A program made the position numbers and the translations under genes. The notes beneath the pieces are model-generated. The model made no database searches. It saw only the letters and a program-made list of their open reading frames with translations, and was not told where the DNA came from. Positions 61,197-64,000 of a stretch of 64,000 bases of DNA are shown here, piece after piece. The stretch lies in NCBI GenBank assembly GCA_026770705.1, contig JANJGN010000071.1:62001-126000 (forward strand). The letters are read 5' to 3'. Positions within the stretch are counted from its first letter, which is position 1; each line of letters starts with the position of its first letter. Source of the stretch: Isurus oxyrinchus (taxonomy: Eukaryota).

Positions 61197-61519
61197 GTAA
61201 TTACATACACCTTTCATTCTACATCAGCACTCCCTCAGCGCTGACCCTCTGACAGTGCAGCCCGTTCTCAGTGTCCACATTCTCAGACCTCTCAAAGTGC
61301 TTCACAGTCGATTGAGGTTAATTGATCTTTATTTGATTATTGCTGAATGAAGAGACAAGCTGTCTAAAGTTTACATCTCGCACACACCATTCTCCATGGC
61401 AACACGTCCACCTATCAGAGACCACTTGCCAACCAATCAGCACTGTCTTCCCATTAAGTATAAATTGTTGTTCACTTTCTGTTGGTAATCCTGCAAACGG
61501 GCTTCTTGATTCCTGCCCT

Positions 61520-61672
61520 GACATCTTAATGTCCAAATGAACAGAACAAGTTCCAACAATGAGCTGTGGTTGGTGATTCCTCCCATTACATATCGGGACA
61601 CTGGAGACTATCAGTGTGTGGCAGAGAATGAACATGGAGCAGTGGAGGGGTTCATAACCATCACTGTGGAAC
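61520..61672 (+). pseudogene. 5'-truncated remnant of the repeated Ig exon in a gene 4 intron
   Basis: Same 5' breakpoint (..CTGACATC) as the remnant at 39607-39759. Confidence 0.8.
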
Positions 61673-63343
61673 GTGAGTGTACACAGACATCAACATCTCT
61701 CTCAGATTCAAACATTGCACAAACACACACAAATATACAGAACTAAATAGACACATGCAGACACACATGTATGAGCAAATACAAAGACACACTCACGAAC
61801 AAACACACTAGCACACACTCCCCTGTGGCTTACCTGAGTACTGCACTGGAGAGTTGGCCTGGATTCTGGGATTTGTGTTCCCAATCATGTTTATGGAAGA
61901 ATATGGAAATTACAAAGTCTATTACAGACACTCAGATGCATAGAGACACTCACAGATACTCTCTGCCTCTCCAACTCTCTCTCTCCCTTTAAGAAGCTTC
62001 CTGAAAGCTAACCCTTCGAACAATCACCGGCCCCAACTCCTCCTTATCTGATTCTGTGTGATTTTGTTTGTGTATCTGAGAGTAAGAGAGAGGTGGAGAG
62101 GTTTAGTTAGAGAATTCCTGCTGGTGAAAATCTTACATCATTTACTCACCTTTCCAGTGCACATATTTCCCAGTATGTCCAATGCCCCGGTTTATAATGA
62201 TGACTGCCTATGTAAACGTCACGCTGTAGTTACAGTCTCCTACCAGTGGTGGCATTGTAGCACTTAATCCTTGTGTTTCCCAGCTTTTCAAGCAACTCCA
62301 CTTCCCAGTTTGCTACACAAGCTGTGAGTTCATCGGAATTCAATTATTTCTCAAACGGTAGATTTGATAATTCATTTTATTGAAAACTTCCTCAGTGCCT
62401 CCCTGAAGGGTTTACACTCTCTGGGAAGCAGGAATAGGCTGGATGTTGGGGCGTTCATCTTTTCCCAGAGAGTAGGGATCCTTGAGAATGTGCTGTCAGT
62501 GGGTGTGGTAGTTCCTGTTTCTCTGTCGCCTTCAAGAGGGATCTGGAGTGGTTACTGACTGGGGGAGAGATCATGGAAGCGGAGAATGATACAGCACAGG
62601 AGGAGGCCATTCAGCCCACTGTGCCTGTGCCAGGTCTTTCAATGTTCTATCCAATCAGATCCACTAACCACCACTCCACTTTACCCCATCTTCCTCCTTC
62701 AAGTGTTTATCCAATTTCCCTTTTGAAAGTTCCTATTGAATCTGCTTCCACCGCCATTTCAGGCAGCACCTTCCAGATCACAACAACTCGCTCTGTCGAA
62801 ACAAATTCTCCTCATCTCCCCCTCCAGTTGGTCAATCTGTGTCCCTCTGGTTACCGACCCTCCTGCCCCTTAAATACATCGATACAGTTCACCTCAACCA
62901 ATCCCTGTGGGAGTGAGTTCCACATTCTCCCCTCTCTCTGGGTAAAGATTGGAACTGTTTATTAAGCGGGGGGTGTAAGTCCGTGGGGGAGTCCATCTCG
63001 ATTCTGCTCGATTCGCACACGCATCCGAGATGGATTTCCACCCTGCACTAAACGTTTCCAGAATTTTCTACAGCACAATCCTGTACACAGCGATGGAGAG
63101 TAACATTGGACAGGGAGTCCAACAGCACAATGATCCATTCTCACCAATGTTCCACGCTAAGGGGAAAGTTCCGATTGTCCACTCTTAGAGTGTTTACAAT
63201 GAAAACATTCATTCCACATTGAATCCCAGTGGATGGGTCAATATTACAGCAAATGTTGCAGTGATATGAAGCTTGATTGTTCAGCCAGAGTGAGAGATTG
63301 AAAGCGGAGAGTCAGTGATGATTTCTTTCTGTGTGTTCTCTAG

Positions 63344-63483
63344 ACAGTGGAGGAGAGATTCTGCATGTGATCCTGATCCTGGGAATACGAGCTGTGATAT
63401 TCCTTGTGGCTGTGGTTATCACTATCACTGGAGTCTGTGTCTGGGAGAGACAAACAGTGAAAGGAAGTCGACAGACTGTTTGA
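63344..63483 (+). pseudogene. Gene 4 TM exon with intramembrane Arg and a short tail
   Basis: SGGEILHVILILGIRAVIFLVAVVITITGVCVWERQTVKGSRQTV-stop; one amino acid different from gene 3. Confidence 0.85.
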
Positions 63484-63599
63484 AGCTTTGTAAAGCAACA
63501 ATCTGGTCAGTCAGTGCGGACAAATAACGTGTGATGTTGTGTTAAGTTGTAATCAAACTGGTCAGTGTCCTGGTTAGAATCACCTTCGTATCAGAGAGG

Positions 63600-64000
63600 C
63601 ATTCCAGCACAGTAGGAGACCATTCAGCCCATTAAGTCTATGCTGTCTCTGTGTAGAGCAATCCACTCAGTCCCATTCCCCCGCTCTATCCCCGTATCCC
63701 TGCAAGTTTATTTCCAAGTGTCCATCCAATTTCCTTTTGAAATCGTTCATCGTCTCCACTTCCACCATCCTCGTAGGTAGCGAGTTCCAGCTCATTACCA
63801 CTCGCTGTGTAAAAAAGTTCCTCCTCACATCCCCCCACTGCCCACAACCTTCAATCTGTGTCCCCCAGTCCTTGTCCCATCAGCTAATGGCAACAGCTTC
63901 TCTTTGTCTACCGTATCTAAACCCATCATCATCTTGTACACCTCGATCAGATCCCCCCTCAATCTCCTTTGCTCCAAGGAGAACAACCCCAGCTTCTCCA
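63600..64000 (-). mobile_element. CR1 LINE 3' fragment
   Basis: Reverse complement reads LFSLEQRRLRGDLIEVYKMM, followed by a CR1 tail. Confidence 0.8.

Noticed and set aside
1-63483. Assigning specific symbols (CD22, MAG, SIGLEC1, SIGLEC15, CD33)
   Set aside because: Motifs support the Siglec family, but orthology cannot be determined without a phylogeny.

Overview
Repeat-rich vertebrate DNA, most likely from a cartilaginous fish (inferred from the SINE, LINE and minisatellite repertoire). It contains a cluster of Siglec-like (CD33-related/CD22-like) Ig-superfamily receptor genes. (1) 1-11580 (+): 3' part of an inhibitory receptor. It has the end of a C2 exon, an in-frame internally deleted mini-exon, seven near-identical 282-nt Ig exons in a ~1-kb tandem array, a TM exon, and cytoplasmic exons with ITIM and ITSM-like motifs. 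(2) 19612-20765 (+): a divergent Siglec-like pseudogene whose V-set exon is cut by a Gypsy fragment. (3) 38353-45549 (-): a putative activating receptor with two tandem intact V-set exons, a C2 exon and an Arg-containing TM with a short Tyr-free tail; its leader exon was not found. (4) 59666-63483 (+): a head-to-head inverted paralog of gene 3 with a nonsense codon in its V exon. An orphan terminal exon with two tyrosine motifs lies between genes 3 and 4. The rest is CR1/L2-type LINE fragments, SINEs, solo LTRs, two decayed Gypsy elements, and minisatellites that appear to derive from retroelement segments. Most long ORFs in the supplied track are repeat artefacts. Exon boundaries were read by hand from splice signals and codon phase, with no transcript data.
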